Below are positions 11,566 through 26,200 of a DNA stretch of 64,000 nucleotides, in pieces. The stretch comes from Isurus oxyrinchus (taxonomy: Eukaryota), in the NCBI GenBank assembly GCA_026770705.1, contig JANJGN010000039.1:1798001-1862000 (forward strand), given 5' to 3'. The translations under genes were made by a program, and so were the position numbers. Position 1 is the stretch's first letter; every line of letters begins with the position of its first letter. Below the pieces are notes generated by a model. The model was not told the DNA's origin and did not search any database. It worked only from the letters and a program-made list of their open reading frames with translations.

Positions 11566-14233
11566 CCAAACCTTTTATGAAGTGAACAATATGGTCAAGG
11601 CGAGAGGAGCAATTTCACTGGGTAGGACGGGAATGTCAATGCGTTTGAAACTTGGTCTTTTTAAGCAAAATCCTTTTTACTGGATGTGCTAATAACCCAT
11701 CCCGACCGCTGTAATGCTCCCTGACTATTCCCCTCAATCCCTTTTTGTGGTTCCAATCTCTGCTGGATCCTTATTATGTCAACCATGTCTACTACTAAAT
11801 ATATTTTCTCACATGTCATATTGCACTGAAATATATTCCATCTTCAGCACACAGTTCCCGATCACAGTGATTGTTTTCTGCGTAATGAATAGGTAAAAAA
11901 CTGATATTGTGGGAACAAAAACAGGAATATCAAAATGAAGGGACACTCCGGATAAAGATATGCAAACAGAGAGGAAACCAGTGTGAACATGTTTTTTTAA
12001 AGTTGTACAATTAGCATCGGAATAATGAAGGAAAAATTGCAGAAAAGTGTTATTGCACCAACATGCCTTGGGGAAAATGCGCACCTTCAAACAAAATGGA
12101 CACTGGAGGAGGTTAAAGCTTAATAATAGATCCGGAATTGTCTTCTTAAATGCTAAAGGACATGAAGGGCTTAATGGCTAGTGCTGCTTTGGTTTCTGAT
12201 GTCCATGTGCCTGAAATGTACTTCGCTCGGTAAATCACCTGGATGCTGTGTTTTTTTTTTAAATTATTATCCTTATTCCTGGTAGTTTGACTCTGCAACT
12301 GACGCTGCCTCGTCAACATTCAAATGTACCTTAATTATATAAATATGTTTCAAGCAATTGCTCCTAACTACTGACCATATTCTTATCTTCGAGTACATAT
12401 GTGTAGAGGAATTTTGTGTCAGGGCAAGTTTAAATAGCAGGAGAAGGGCAGGTCAAGAGATGACCAAATAATGTAAGGGACTCAGTGGAAAATCTGGGAG
12501 TAGAGTTATGAGCTGAGTAAAGTTTATACGATGAGTACAGCAGGAGATTGCAAGTACATTGATTGATCTGTGAATGGCGGGCAGGGAAAAGGGAAAATGT
12601 GGTGAGGTACTTACTCTGTACTCCAGGACCCAATGCTTAACACGTGGATGAGAAATGGATCAACGCAGCTGCTATGAACTGAGACGGTAAAAAAAACGGA
12701 GTGAGAGGGGTACAGAGAGAGTGTTAGAGAGAGAGGGGGAGAGAGAGAGACTATTTCATTGTTTCCGAGCTTATATTCACCGAATGCATCCTAAATATCT
12801 CGGTTCACACGCTGATTTACCTTTTTGCTAATTTTGTCTTTAAGATATTTTATTGCTTCTTTCATTAATTGCTTCATCATTTAATTTCAAAACTTTTATT
12901 TGTATTCCTTGTTTCGCTTTCTTCCCTAACGCTGTGCTTTATTTTCATCTTCTTCTCCTTTATCCTCATTCTGTTTATTGCATGAGATTCACCTGAATTT
13001 CCATTTCCTGCACCCCTCCCTTTATTCAGGAACGTTGTTTTAAAGCTATCATGTTGGTTGTTTTAAAGGAACATACTATCCAGATGCCTATTCATTACGT
13101 CTAAACATATATTTCCCACCGTTGTTCTATGTTCATATAATGAATAATCGACTCCAGTTTATCTGCAAAAAAGTGCTTTCTCATTGCCACAATATCAGCT
13201 CCTTGCTTTCTAGTTTTATTTGGACATGTTTCTTCCCCTTACGTATTTAACAATGTTTACCAAAACTATCTAATTATATTCCGATTGATGTTGCATCTAT
13301 TTCATGCTAAAAGGATTTAAAATACCTGTCACCGTTCCTTATCAAAGTCTGGATTTATAACCACTGCTTTGGTGGATTTCCCATCTACGGGGTCAGCATT
13401 GCGTTCGGTAATACCCGTTAAATTCCTCACATTAAATTTGCTCAAAGTTTAGTTGGGCTGTAGAGTGTATTTCGAATTATTTAAGCTGCCTCCAACATTG
13501 AAGTAGGAATTAATTTCATGCCAATTATTTATGAGTTGCATTAAAATTTGGAAATGGACGTAATCGCTTCAGTTACAGAGACAGGCTGTGAAAAATAAGG
13601 GTACAAAACACAGATGATGAATAAAGCAAAACACATTGAACGGATCTTCTCATCCGTACATAAATATAGACGCAGCAGGAGCTCATTTTGTCACCTCATC
13701 TTGCATCCCCTTTTAACTATTTGCGTCTAATCATTTACTTCTTTTCAAACGTTGACACTTTCTATGAAGCTTTTCACCCCAATCACATCTAAACATTGGA
13801 TTAAACCATGCCCTGTTTACACTGAATGACCGAGAAATCTGCAGCTTTCTGTGGAAGAAAAATCCAAAGATTCAAAACGCTAAGTGTGACAAAAACATTT
13901 TCGAAATTTATTCATACGTGATTGAACCCTATGCCTTATCTCCAGGGTTTACGTTACTCTAAAACAGGCGAGCAGATTTCTATCCTGGTAAGAGGAAATA
14001 TAACAAAACGAGCTCAGGAACGGAAATGGGTGAGATGCTGAGGCAAATCTGAGCCACAGGTTAAAAGCAAAAGGAATCTTTCCTCGAAAGAAATAACAGA
14101 AGATTGTCTTGCTGACGATGTAGATGCTGAGGTCGACGCATTCAATATATTTAGTATGTTTGCTGTGCTTGTGTGGAGTTCAATGCGACAAAGTTAATCG
14201 TATGTTAGAAGGTAGGCCCGGCGAAACAGGGGT

Positions 14234-14307
14234 AGAGAGAGAGAGAAAGAGAGACAGGCAGACAGACAGACAGACAGACAGACGGAGAGACAGGGAGAGA
14301 GAGAGAT
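14234..14307 (+). repeat. (GA)n/(GACA)n microsatellite
   Basis: Direct reading. Confidence 0.9.
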
Positions 14308-14929
14308 GGGGGAAAGTCGCCGGGTCAATTATCTGCAAATTTAACAGAAAGCAATTATTTAAGCATAAAACAACAGGATGAATAAATGAATCAACGGAAA
14401 TATATAAATGGCAGCAAGCATCATTCACTAAGTGCAAGGGCGAAAATAACCAGGAGGACGAAATGCAGATCAAGAAGTTAGGGAAGCATTTGTAAAAATA
14501 ATGGCATATGCCACGGCAGTATGTCAGGAAGGAATAAATCAAATAAATCTCACAATATCCTACCAAAAGGAACAAAATACAAATCAGAATGTTGAGAGTG
14601 ACAATAAACGTTGATCAGAAAGAATAAACATAAGAGACATGGACAAAGATATTCGATGTCTCTCTTTATGTCATATCTCACTCCCTCTCGCTTTATAACT
14701 ACCTGTCTGTCCCTCTCACTCTCTCTCTCTCTCTCTGGCAGTGGATCCAAGTATCATGAAAGGACTATCAGTCCTCGCTATAGCAGCTTGACCTCTGTCT
14801 TCAGCGCCACACACCTATTGTTTCTATTGTCGACAAGAACCCAATGAACAACGAAAGCATAACGGCCAATGTCCAGATTTTACATCCTGAATCCTGACCC
14901 TTAAACATAGTGTTTGCTGCAGTACCCTG

Positions 14930-16120
14930 CAGTACCATTTGGAATGTCCGCACCATTCCTCAGCCTTTGTGGTTTGGTAGCATCAATGGAATATAGCCAC
15001 AGCCTCCTCCTATCCTGCTCCTCCTCTATTGCCCCTGAATTTCCCTCAGTATTCCTGTCAACAATTCCTTTGCTCTCAAAATGCGATGGCTTGCAGTGTG
15101 TGGAGTAACACCACAAATTGTGTCTCCTCTTCCAATGTGCATTGGAGCGCTCCCGGCACGTGGATCAGGAATCAGATAGAGGGTTTCCTCATGCTGCTGA
15201 TCGGCTGCAGGGCGCTACAGTTATTTATTCAGAACCAACCAGGGTCATTCTGTATGTGTCTGTTTTCTGGCAGCGTCTAGCATGTTAGGTGTTTGTGGAT
15301 GGTGAGGCATGGATGGAGATGTTAAGCTTCGCGTCAGAGAAAACACAACCGTGTTCCCCGTGGAGTACAGAAAAGAGTGGGAATACTACATGTTTCAGAT
15401 CGAAGGCAACGTGGCAGTGAGGATTCCAGGTAACACGCTTATGACATCAAAACAATGCATTCTTACACAATAATAATACCTTATTATGTAATAATGAACT
15501 GTGTTGACGTCATCAGCGTGTTAAGAATGTGATAACACCTCCTGTTCCTGTCCCGGCCGACGTTGATATCAGAATCCCGCAGAATTCTAGTATTCTGGCA
15601 AAGTGGAAAACTTTCTCATCCTCCTTCTCGTGGCTGCCAGAGAAATCAATGTGAGCGCTTCACTTTGGACACCAAATACTCGTGCGCACCGTCCAAGTCC
15701 CACTTTGAAAATCAACTAGTATTGATAGTCTGCACAGTCTGGCAGATGCAGCTTTCCTCGTGATATTCAGAGATTGAATGCAGCCCTCTCCTTCCTGAAG
15801 TGACCTGCCAGCACAGAAGCCCAGCGAAGCTGTGACCTCATACAGCTCCTGGCCATTCTTGTTCCGGTGCGCTGCCACAGGTCGTTCTTATTAACTATCT
15901 GGCACAGGTCTGTCATCAGCCAGTGATGAATGGAAGTCACCTCACACTCTGCTCGAAATGTGCACGGAGTATAAATGCTCTTGGACCATCCGCGATGCTG
16001 ACGGCGTAGTTCCCGCCTCTTTGCACCATACTGCAGAGTTTATTTTCTATGCCGCCTCTGCTCTTTATGCTAGTCCTGCCTCGAACCCAGAATCATTACA
16101 GTTCCTGTATCTCGATCCAT
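14930..16120 (-). mobile_element. PIF/Harbinger transposase remnant (HARBI1-like)
   Basis: Minus-strand peptides EQSVR*LPF, EVTASLGFCAGRSLQ..NITRKAA and GALQCT..FVV..TLQAIA match the Harbinger DDE motifs EQCxRRLRF, KVTxALNFYASGSFQ and GALQYSP..VVVCCxLHN in the correct order. Confidence 0.65.
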
Positions 16121-16639
16121 GTTGAACCAATTGATTTGTCTTCTTGAGTTTCTACATCGTATCACAATGAAACCTCCGGAAAACGATAAAGGCCAAATCC
16201 ACTAACTTGCCACAACGTAACTATTTCAAATGACGCTCGCATACAGGTTTCATGCCTGGTCCTTTCAAGGAACACGGCTCGCCCCTTAATGCAAATTTAG
16301 CTCAGATTGATCCATATGGGAATATAGCAAGTCGTACGTGTCAGCTGATGAAACGGCCTTCCCAAGGTGTTGTCCGTCTTGTTGCTGGTAACAGTGGCTG
16401 TGCAGAGCTAGCCATCATGGGCATTGAGAGATACGGAGGGGAAAGAAAAATCATTTTGGACAAAGAAGTGAGTCCATAAAATGCAAATGGGGAACCATTT
16501 TCAGGAGCGTGGGGAACAGATAGGGGAATGAAACGAATCGAAGACGTGAGACACGGCTGGTTTTAGTACAATAATTGAATGACTGAAACTGAGGCTCTGC
16601 CAGGCCAGGAACCAATGTAGGTCACTGAGCACACGGGGG

Positions 16640-17010
16640 CGTGTGAGCGGGAGTTGGTGTGCTTCAGGCCTTGGGAACAGCCATTTGCATTTGATGTACT
16701 TTTGGTCGTTTAAAAGCGAGAGTGTGGCCAAGGTTGAATTGACATAATCTAACAAGGATGTAATGTAGGCATTGATTAGTTTTGAGACTTGAAGTAGAGG
16801 GTGATGTATGGAGGTGGTAGCAGTCAGGTTTAGTGAGCGAGAATATACGGCACCGTAAATCCACCGATAGAATGATTGCCGAGGTTGTCAGCAATCTTCT
16901 TCAACCTCACATATTGGCAACGGAAGGGAGGGAGTCGGTTTACAGAGTTTGGGGTTTGTGTAAAGGGCGGAAGATAATGGCTTCCACAATCCAAACATTT
17001 AAAGCATGAA
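16640..17010 (-). mobile_element. L2-type LINE fragment
   Basis: Degenerate similarity to recalled L2 ORF2 3' region in antisense. Confidence 0.45.
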
Positions 17011-17384
17011 TCAATTCAATGTGCTTCATAGATCTAATTGCTGTACAGAGGGACAGAGCGTGAACAGCAACAGATGAAAGAAAGAGCACGTGAATTACAC
17101 AAACAGTGAAAAATGGTTTGTGGAGCTAATAACCAGTTAGACTCGCTAAGGAGGAAGCAACGCGCGGGACAAAGTAATCAGAACACTAATGCAGTTAGTC
17201 TGAGGTTATTAATTCACAGCGTGATAGAAAACAAAACTTACCAGGGACACCGACAATAGCAAGGATTGGATACTAAATCATTTGAATCACTTTAACTGCG
17301 AAGGAGATCCGGATTTCTAATGTGAACCATTCATTTTCAGCGAAAATAAGGGCAAACGAAAAGGATAAACCCCTGGTCCTGATT

Positions 17385-17498
17385 GGAACATTCCAAACTG
17401 TTGTACTCAGATTCGGATCCATTGTTGTGAAATTCCAATATATTGTCCTCAGATTCTGAGCCATTGTTGTGACATGAAACATAATTGCCCTCAGATTA
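17385..17498 (+). repeat. 42-bp tandem repeat, ~3 copies (CCATTGTTGTGA...TTGTCCTCAGATT)
   Basis: CCATTGTTGTGA at 17419 and 17461; CTCAGATT three times. Confidence 0.75.
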
Positions 17499-17699
17499 AG
17501 GTTTATCCTCTCTGCCTCTCAAGAGCCGTTGCTCCCTCTTTATGGCGGGGGTGATGCCTTCGCTGACACAGTGGACATAAGAAAGACAAGATTCCCTTTT
17601 TAACAGCTGCAAGGAAACCTCCAGCGGCGCAATTCGGAGCACAGGGACTGAAGCCAATAACAGTCACTGAGCAGAACAGCCCAGTTAACCTCTTCCAGA

Positions 17700-19170
17700 C
17701 GAAGTTTTATACCATAATGCAGTGGAACATTTGCACAGTATGATGGGGTTTGAGAGGATTATTGAGCGCAGGGATGGCGGAAATGATGGGAACTCTGGTC
17801 AGAATCTTTCAATCATCAATGGATATGGGTGAGGTGCCACAACATTTGGAATATACCAATGTCCAAACCCATTAAAACGTAAATAAATGAATGGTCCCAG
17901 CAACTTCAAGATTGTCAGTCTAAAGTCCATCCTGGATATATTACCACACATTGTAAAAAACTGCAATATTCTTCACTTGGAGAAAAAAAAAAGAGGCTTA
18001 ATGAATGACTAAGCAGACGAACATCATGTTTAGCAAAGTTGGTGAAGTTTGGTGAAACAATGGAGAGTTTTAAGGAGAATAATGCGGTTATTATGTATAT
18101 ACATGGTGAAGCGGCATGCGATAATGTGCCTTTTAATGGAGCTGTGAGAATAACCGAAATCAGGGCATTAAAGGGGCATTGGCATTTTTGGTATGTCATT
18201 GGCTGAAGTACAAAATACCGAGGGGACTAATTTAATGTTCTTGTTAAGGCTGGAGTGGAGTATACATTGATGTTCTTCAGGGGGACATTTCCAACACATT
18301 AAACTGCCGTTAATTTCACCTTTTGTAGAATACAGAAAAGCAGAAAAGTAAACACCAAGAAGCTCAGTTAGAAACACAAAGCATGAGTATAACGGCAGGT
18401 TGGTGTATTGGAGAGACACACAGCTAATGCAATTTAATGCAGAGCAGTGCAAAGCATTGCATTGAATGGAATTTGAGGAGCGTCAATGTAAACTGAAAGC
18501 AACGATTTGAAATGAGGAACAAGTCAAGACTGGGGCTGACGTACACACGGTGTTGAAGCTGCTGGAATACTTTGATTTGAATTGGATAATGCACACATGT
18601 GTTATTGCCTTATCATTCCATGGAAATACTACAGAACAATGGGAGTGAGTGCTGAAATTCAATAAAGCAAAATTGATGCATTCTGTCCATATCCAATTTA
18701 TATCTATCTATATATATATATTAGAAACTATATGAGGAGGGTGCAGAGCGGGTTATTGCTTTGGTACCAGAGATGGTAGATCAATCAGTGAAATCGAGAG
18801 GTTAGAGGAGCTGGGCTTGCTCATTCCTTTACTGCAGAAGTTAAAGGCGAAATGTTATCGCGGTGATGAATATTCCATGGTCTTTTCAAACGGGAAGTAA
18901 ACATTTTCCCGCTCTAACTAGGATAGGTAATTTAATTGCCAAGAGTATCAGAGAGTCCATGAAAAGAAAATGATTGTAGGGAGTTGTTACTATCTGGAAT
19001 GCATTGCCTGCAGATACGTTGAAAGCAGTTTCAAGGGGGAACTGAATAGCTACTTGCAGCCGCTATGGGAAAAGAACAGACACGGGAACCAAAATCGGAT
19101 ATTTCTTTGGAAGCCAGCACATGCAAGATCCAAGCAATGGATTGATTCTGCACTCTATAATCCATCGACG
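17700..19170 (+). mobile_element. Degraded CR1 LINE ORF2 (RT domain to 3' end)
   Basis: FQSSMDMGEVP..NV..PSNFKIVSL resembles the CR1 RT start; downstream ATGCAATTTAATGCAGAG..TGCAAAG and GAGAGGTTAGAGGAGCTGGGCTTG. Confidence 0.75.
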
Positions 19171-19324
19171 TGAAGACATAAATCATTGACGCCTTCATCT
19201 TGTCTGTAAAATTTGCTTTCAGCTGTTCATTTTAAACCAGATGTTGATCATTCCTTTAACCCTGGCGTAGGTGACAAAAGAACAGAAAACGCCTTAAGTT
19301 GAATTTCAAGTTCTGTTCACAATT

Positions 19325-22300
19325 AACTTAGCAGAGAATCACTCTGGTGCCGGCTAGTGATTCTGACCTGACGCGACCTGACACCAATATTAACCAACCG
19401 AGCTAACCAATGATCTGAATGAAGCCTGAAATGATGCCAAACCAAATTAAGGACCTGACAGCCCACATGGCCTGACCCAAAAAACAGCCCAAAACAGTCC
19501 ACTTCCCCGAGTCTGTCAACAGCCCCCGAGATTGTTCTGCCAAATGCTGACACTTTCCAACTATCACTTGCACAGACCAGACACGGCTACCTTTGATTAA
19601 CCCCGAAAAAGCACCGCACCTACCCGGCTCGATTATTAGCTGAACCGCTTTAGCTACCTGCCAATACCATCCAGATCTGATGATTGTTACAGATTGCCCC
19701 ACATAATCGGCAGACCCAGCTGGCCCCTGTCACGCTCTAACTACACGACTGTAAACAAGACATGCCTCTCCACCTTCCCACCTTATTGCACTCCATACTA
19801 GACTCACCCCCGAAGCGATCTCACTACATCTCGTAATGATAATGCCCGACAACCTCTGACCTGATCCGACTACCTACTGATTCTATCAGGCTGCCGCCAC
19901 AACAACCAGATCCAACAAGCAGCAAACCAAATTCGACATTCCCCCGCACCAACCAGATGCGACAACACCTGACACGATCTTTCTGCTCCACTTGCAAACC
20001 CAGCCTGAATAACCACCTGGTTGACTAGCTCACGCAAGAAACTGACCACACCAGTCTCCGAATAGACCTGACTATATCCCAAGCTCACCAGACACAACCC
20101 CCAAATATCACAATGCGACAAAGCACACACTGACCAGGCCTGACTACCCGCCACTCACTCCGAATACCCGTGCCACTCACCATTATGGCCTGTTCTGAAA
20201 CACACCGGTAAATCCCGCAAACAAACATGCCAAATTAGCAAATGTATCTGACATGCATACCAGGCCAATTTGGTTCCACCACCATGACCAGATATTGCCC
20301 TTAACCTCACTGGTTAAACCCCCACAACACGAATAAATTAAATGCTGAGCTTTATGAATAAATGCATCGAAGTTTTTACCTGCCCACCCCAAATTAATAC
20401 CCTCTGACCTACCTCTCATTGAACCAACATGGCTAACTCCAGGAATGCTTGCCTTAAAGCAGTGATGCTCTTCCTTCTGACATCCAGGAAGGACTAACTC
20501 ACAACCTGACTACCTCTTTCCTGACCCGACTACACCTCCAACCAACTTGGTGACATTTCTGAATCAAGCTGTCTTGATTCTTCAACTTGCCGGCCCTATT
20601 CACCCCAGCTACACCCCTTTACAGCACGGCCAAACTATCACTCTGGACCTAGCTATACCACTACATGGGCTATATACTGACCTGAATATGTTACACAAAT
20701 ATGCCGCTGCCCCCACGACCCAGTAGCCCAATCAAACTGTTTACCACCAACAGAGCCCGGCCAACTTCTGAACCTGCAATTCTACCGCTCACCACTGTCA
20801 CCATCGCCCAAACTCAAGTGACTAATCTATGCAAACAACAACTAACCAGCTGGGCCAAAATACCCCCAGCATGTTCTGAGAATCCCCTGACAAGTCCCCA
20901 CTACCCACCAGAGATGTCTACATCACTGCCCTCACCCGAGTACCCCTCTGCATCACCTGACAGCTTCAAGTCCACCCCAAGTAACTAACATTGACTCGAC
21001 CTTCCTACCTCCCTGAACTAATCACCACGTGCCATCTGACCAAACTGCCCAGAGACCTGACCGACTGCCCATGGTGTTGAGCAGATGTAGCCCTTCTCCA
21101 ATACTACTTACTCATCCTCAACCGCAGCAAACAAGGTACCGGACTTTAACACCATGACCGAACTGAGACACCCCGAGCCAATCCGAGTAAGACTCATATG
21201 CGCCCCAATTATCCATCCAATTCACATACCTCTCAAATCCGGCGCGAATACCCAACAACCTGATTGGGTTACTCACGACCTGTGATGATTTTCTTTAACT
21301 GACAAGATTACACTGCTGACCTGACTGGATACCACTATTACCCACTGGGTAACACTACCACTGCATGCTCATCTGACTACTCCATGTCGAACTATCTTAA
21401 CAATCCAACAAATCAGGCTGAGAGGTTTACCCAAAATGACTATCCGCTGAATTGAATATCCTAAAATGGCAACCATTCCTCACAATTAAACAACTAACCA
21501 AAGGCTAGCCGATTGAAGCTCCTCCACCCAAACTAACCTGACATTAGTGCACTCTGCGAACTGAACCGACTACACTCAAAAGCTGACCCATTTTCCCAAA
21601 CAGACATGACTGCCATTCAGCACTAACTAAATTCCTGTGGCTCCAACCTGAAGACCGAAACAATCTACTTATCGAAACAATGAAGCAACTATCCCTGACC
21701 TGAATGGACTATCCCCCAATTCAACACAACTACTCCGATGATCGAACAGAGCTTTCCCGCGGCTTGGCCTGTCTACAGCTCGAGTTGCTGAACAAACACA
21801 GGGGCAAAACAAATTGCCTCCCACTTCCCCTAACCCGCGAGCTGACCAGATCTTCCACCCCAGCAGATCTAATTATCCCACGGCTGAACAGACTTTTCAA
21901 CACACAAGACCCAGCTACAAAATGACTCTACCCGACTCTATCCAATTTCCCCGACTTCTTTGGATGATAGACTCTGCACAATGCATACTCCCTCCAGCTG
22001 ATGAAATCTGCATCGATGTGACTCTCCCCCAAGTCCAATTTAAACAGTACCCCGATCACTCACGAGCTATTATCAAACAGGCTTGAATATGGACATGACC
22101 CAAAGTGACTAGAGCCCCAACGAGAAAAATAACTCAGATCGAGGCACCACCACAATCCGCCAACATAACCTCCCTCTTCCCAAATACCACCTGACCCCAT
22201 TCACCTCACGAAACACCCGAAGCACCCCGACCTTCCACAGTTGATCCAAATCGCTGTACCTGACCAAATTCACCACTGTCCCCAATAACCGCTTAAAACA

Positions 22301-23040
22301 ACCTGACCTTTTTGCAGGCCAGTTAACTACTGCCAAACAAATCCAATAAGATTTCACTCATCCTCGCTGCATTTCCAAGCACACACAACCAATCAACCTG
22401 AACTGATTACCCGATTCAAAGGTCTCAGTTAACCCCCTATTTAACAAAATATCCTCCGAGGCCAGACTACTCACTGACTTGAACGGAGCTAACTAAACTT
22501 GGCCATCCAACTAACCCATTGAGTAAATGCAAAACCCAATTGCTTGACTTCCCAACAAAAAGGACTGCTCCTCTGTCCCGGCCACACTGACAGATAGGTC
22601 ACTAATCTTGACTCGGCTCACCCATCCAAAAGCGCTAATTTCCCAAGATGCACACCCCAGTGATTCCTACACTCGAAGCAACCAACCTTAACATAACTAG
22701 CCTGGACAGAATTTATTCATTGACCTCTCTAGCCCCGAATCTTATGAAAACAAACGTCAAATACACACAGATCATCCAGTGAAAGAAACACACGCGCCCT
22801 TAGGTAACATCCCTCATTAGCAAACCAGGCTAACACCCAAAAAGCATTGACATTGCCCTGTGACCTTACATGAATACCACGATACCCGGCCTTGCTGGAT
22901 TACCCACGAACCGATTCAAATGACCTTTCAAACTTACCAACTACCCTGCTGATCTGAATGGAAAACATCCACGAATTGAGCCGAAAGCCCGGACGCAAGC
23001 CAATTGCACATCGGCTCAACATCCTTTACTACCTGATCCG
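19325..23040 (+). repeat. 3.7-kb C/A-rich, G-poor degenerate short-unit repeat (CTGACC/CCGACTAC/ACCCGA words)
   Basis: Strong strand skew and recurring ACCTGACC, GACTAC and CCCGA words with no long ORF. Confidence 0.7.
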
Positions 23041-23274
23041 AATATGCAGCAAACAGGCATGTGTATGGAGGACACCACCCCACCTACTCCCCTCAATCCA
23101 CTTCCCCATATGAATTGCATGGGAGAACATCAGAATTTTGGAAACCTGCACCAATGTTTACTGAGGAGTTCAATCCTTGCACTTCATGCAGCCCCAGCAA
23201 TGTTTCATCATGTAAGTAGCCCATTCCATGCTGCTCCTGGTGCTACATTGCTCCCCTTGAACAAGGAAGATTAA

Positions 23275-26200
23275 AAGCACAGACAATAGGATCAGCTGTA
23301 ATCACTTTCGCCCTTCGATCCTGCTGACTCATCCATATGTTCACATTTCCTCATCCAAAATAATGCCATTGTCCAGCTCTCTCCTCATAACGTTTGACGT
23401 CTTTGGAGTCCAGAAAGCTCCTCATAGTCTAGAAAGCTGTCCACTGTATTGTTAAATATATCCTGTCCGTTGGCACCCGCAGACTACTTTGGTCAATAAA
23501 CCCTTAGATTCACCACGCTCTAGGTGGAGAACTTTCTCCTCACCTCAATCCAAAATGGCCTATCCCATATCCTGACACAATGACACCTTGCTCCAGATCT
23601 CGCAGCTAGAGAGAACATCGTCCCTGCAACAAGTCTGTAAATTGCTACCGAATTTTATACCTTTCAATGTGATCCCCTTTCAATCAGCTAAACTCCAGGG
23701 AATGCTGGCCTGGACGACACAATCTTTCATTATAGGACAATGCTGCCATCACATAAATCATTCGGGTAACCATTCGCTGCACTCACTCCATGGCGATATT
23801 CCCTTTCTTTGGGAAGTAGACCGAAGCACACAAATCAATGAGTGGTCTCACGAATGCCCTCTAGAGATGCAGTAAGTCATCCTTGCTCCTGCACTCAAGT
23901 CCAGCAGTAATGAAGTCCAGAATGTCATTTGCCTTCCGAACTGCTTGTTGAAATCTGTACACCAGGTTTTCCCCGTTTATCACCATTTAAATAATGTTAT
24001 TGTATTCAGGTTTTTATGACCGAATTGGAATATGTCACACTTACCCAAAAAAAACTGCATCTGTCATATCTTCGTCCACTCGCTCAACATTCTTAAATTG
24101 CCTTGAAACGCCTTTAAATCATCCTCACCCTTAACATTCCCTAATGTTTTGCTGTCAGCAAATTTAGAATTATTGCGTTTTATTCCTTCATCAAAATCAT
24201 TGATGTGTAATGTGAACAGCTTGGACTCATTCACTGATACATCCTGTACCAGTTTCGGCAATGCCTGCCACTCCAGAAAAAAGAACATTTATATCTATTC
24301 TCTGCTTTCGGTCTGGAAACTATTCTCAAACCATGCCAATGTATTGCCTCCGTTCAAATGTGCTTAAATTTTGCGCACTAACCTCCTTTGTGGGACTTTA
24401 CCAGAAACTCCGTGAAAGCCCAATTGCACCACATCAATTGTTCTCCCTGATATTTCTAACTGTTGCATCTTTTAAAAATTCCCATTAGGTTTGTAAAAAA
24501 CGATTTCCCTTCCATAAACCCATGATGGTTTCGCCCAGTAATGATGATATTTTCAAATGACCTATTAGCACAAGCTCTATAATAGACTCGAAAGTTTTCC
24601 CTTCAAGTGATGGTGGCCTGCATGTAATTTTCTGCTGTATTCTTCGCTTCTTATTTTGAACATAGTGACGTTACATTTGCCACTTTCCAATTCCCGGGCC
24701 TGTTACAGAATCTGCAAAATTTTAGTAGATGAAAGCTAACACAATCTCTCATTCCATGGCCATTCTGTTAGCACCCCCGAATGTAAATGATCACGTCCTG
24801 GGGATTTATCGGCTCTCAGTCCAATTGATTTTTCCAGCGCTGTATTTCTTTTATTTTTTCCCGTGCTGATTTCCTTAAAATGATAGTTCTCGCTGGTTCT
24901 TTTTGCTTTGCTGGCATCTCTGGTAAGTTACTTGTGTTTACTCCTCAAATTACGTAAATAAAATAGTTGCTTAAATACTCTGCATTGCCCTGTTCTCAGT
25001 TATAAATTCTACATTTTCAAACTGTAACGGTCCAACATTTGTCTTCACTAATATTTTTTACACTGTACATGCTTGTAGAAAATTTTGCACTCCACTATTA
25101 TGTTTTTTGCAAGTTTACCCTCATGCTCTATGCCCTCTAAACCATCGCTTGGTCACCCTTCGATAAATTCTAAGCAGTTCCCAAATTGCTACTTTTGCTA
25201 ACAAATTTAACTGACTCTTCACTGGATCTAGCGCTATCCGGATATGGTTTTGTTAGCTGTTTTTGGGCTGCATTTACTGCTTTTTTTCTTATGAAGCCAT
25301 GAAGGTGAATGTAATTGCAGCAATGCACAGATCCAGTCCAAAGATATAAAAATTTGCCTGAGCACCATGTATTTTAATGAAGTTACCCAAAGTATCTAAG
25401 CCAACTCACCGTCTCATATCCTCGTAGCTTACTTTGTTTGAATGTTTGACGATAGTTTCGGATTGGACTATTATACTTTTCATCCAAATGAAAAATTCTA
25501 TCTCACTTTGGTCACCATTCTCTTTAGCACATTGCACGACACGGTTATTAGCTTTCTCCTTCTCATGACACGATATCAAATCTAGGATAAACTGCTCCCT
25601 GGTTGGATCCCCGACGTAATGGTCCAATTAAAAAAAAGCTTTTCGCACACACTCGACAATTCATTCGCCAGAATGTCATTGCTGATTGAGTTTGTCCGTC
25701 AAACATCCATGATTTCTGCAGCATGTCAGTTACATGCATCTCTACGTTTCAGGTTAACGCCTTTCCTTGCCGTATTGCTACATTTTGGCGCCTTTAGACA
25801 AATCAGCAAACTGTTCTGCACCTTGTCCCTTTTTCGCTCCAGCAAGACTAAATCTGCATCTACATATTTTGAGCCAATATCAGTTCTCACAGTTGTACTC
25901 ATTTCATTCTTATCTTGAAGCCCCGCCTCACCTCTGCTTCTCATTTCCCTGCCCGCCCGAAACATGGAAATCCCTTGGACAATCACTTGCCAGCGTTGGA
26001 AGCCGTGCAGCCCTGTCTCAATGACCGAAATCACATTGTGCACGTTGAAACCTATTTGTGCTGTCAATTCGTCTAGCTTATTTTAATGCTCCATGCATTC
26101 AGGTGCCATGCCTTTAGAGCTGTTTTTTTCTAATATTTTTACAGAACCTAATTGCATTTTGTCCCTATTTCCTGCAAACTCTATGTTCATTTGCTTACCA

